From Octopus sinensis (taxonomy: Eukaryota), in the NCBI RefSeq assembly GCF_006345805.1, contig NC_043009.1, positions 29,760,001 to 29,824,000 of the forward strand: a DNA stretch of 64,000 nucleotides, read 5' to 3'. A model generated the notes under the pieces. It made no database searches. It saw only the letters and a list, made by a program, of their open reading frames with translations, and was not told the DNA's origin. The position numbers were made by a program, and so were the translations under genes. Of the stretch, positions 62,842-64,000 are shown one piece after another. How positions within the stretch are numbered: the first letter of the stretch is position 1; each line of letters starts with the position of its first letter.

Positions 62842-64000
62842 ACTGTATATCAGAACACAACTTTGAGCTGAAACACTGCTGTTCATGCACCAATACAATA
62901 TAAGTCAATAACTGCACAGCCACTAAGATTTTTAACTTCAACGGTCACAGTTATTTCCTTATCCATAGGTTCAAAGAGATTTTGCCTGCTTTGTGAGTTT
63001 ATAATCTTATTGTTACTGCTTCCTCCCAAATCAGCCTAATCGAGAAAACTTGTTACGAAAACCATTGCAGTAATAACCATTCGATTTTATTGTATATTTA
63101 TAAATTGTATATTTGAGACAATATATTTTACAATGCACCCTTCTATTTAAGTTTTTAGTGAGTGGGTTTTAGAGGGATTTGGCTGCTAGTTCAGATAGAT
63201 TGAGCAATCACATACTTGGTTTCCCCGTTCATACGATGATTGAATTATACTGTATAACATGGTACATTAAATAGCAAATGTCTCCATTGAACCAATGAAT
63301 CATAAAATGATGTTAAACAACGGCAACATCAAAAATGAGACGGAAATGTGTGGCTAGACCTACAGTTTAATGTCATTAAGTAGATTATAAGGCATTAACC
63401 TGGATACGATGCCAGTCGTTTTCAAGTCTTAGAAAATCTCATTTTTTCTTGCAGCAGTTTGTGAAATCTGGCATGTAGAATTAAGTGAGCAGTCAATGGA
63501 GACGTCAAAATGTCTACTACAGTTTTCTAATGATATTTTATCATCTTTATGAATATTACTCCATTCACTTCAATATAGAAATCTAAGAGACTGAACATTG
63601 CTAAAGGTGGTCTCTCGGTAAATATAATAAAATAAACTATTCAACCTTTTACCATTATGTAAATGAGGAATAATGTCAGTTATAAGAATAGTTTGCATTT
63701 GGTAAGAAGCCTTCTTCTACAATCAATGGCAGTTTCAAAATGAGAATAAATGTCGCATTTTAAAGCAGAATATATCCACAAACAGTTGAGCAACTCCTGA
63801 ATTGATAAATCTTTATATCTCCTGGTGGTTCTCTTCCCATCCCAAATTTTCGGAAATACCTCTCAGGCGCTTAATTCCGCACCAACACAATATATGATTG
63901 GTTATGTATATGTATCTAGCTTTCATTCTGTACATGGTGCTATCAAAATTGCTGCAAGCATAAGATTAGGATGAGCAACGTCGAAATCTCATCGAAGATG

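Overview
AT-rich eukaryotic genomic DNA, roughly one-third GC by eye. The repeat families look like octopus (cephalopod) repeats; this is recognition from memory, not a database result. I find no recognisable intact host gene, rRNA, true tRNA gene or CRISPR array, so the window reads as intergenic or deep intronic. Most ORF-track entries are microsatellite artefacts. Supported content: dense (TA)n/(CA)n/(TAGA)n/(AAT)n/(GAT)n microsatellites; at least four tRNA-derived SINE families (labelled A-D here); two same-strand clusters of decayed R4/Dong-type REL-endonuclease LINE fragments separated by (TAA)n tracts (about 10.2-12.5 kb and 30.0-34.4 kb); two RTE-type LINE 3' ends; one non-autonomous Helitron; and a decayed C2H2 zinc-finger relic. 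The best lead is a set of minimal, Penelope-type (dimer-dependent) hammerhead ribozyme motifs in several unrelated short repeats. One belongs to a composite element of tRNA-like Pol III head + (AAT)n + hammerhead tail, present as a head-to-head foldback at 5982-6507. Other oddities: a SINE concatemer with about 183-bp period, a tail-to-tail SINE hairpin, interleaved inverted repeats at 52.5-53.2 kb, and a lone GC-rich 19-bp minisatellite. Boundaries of old elements are approximate (tens of bp).
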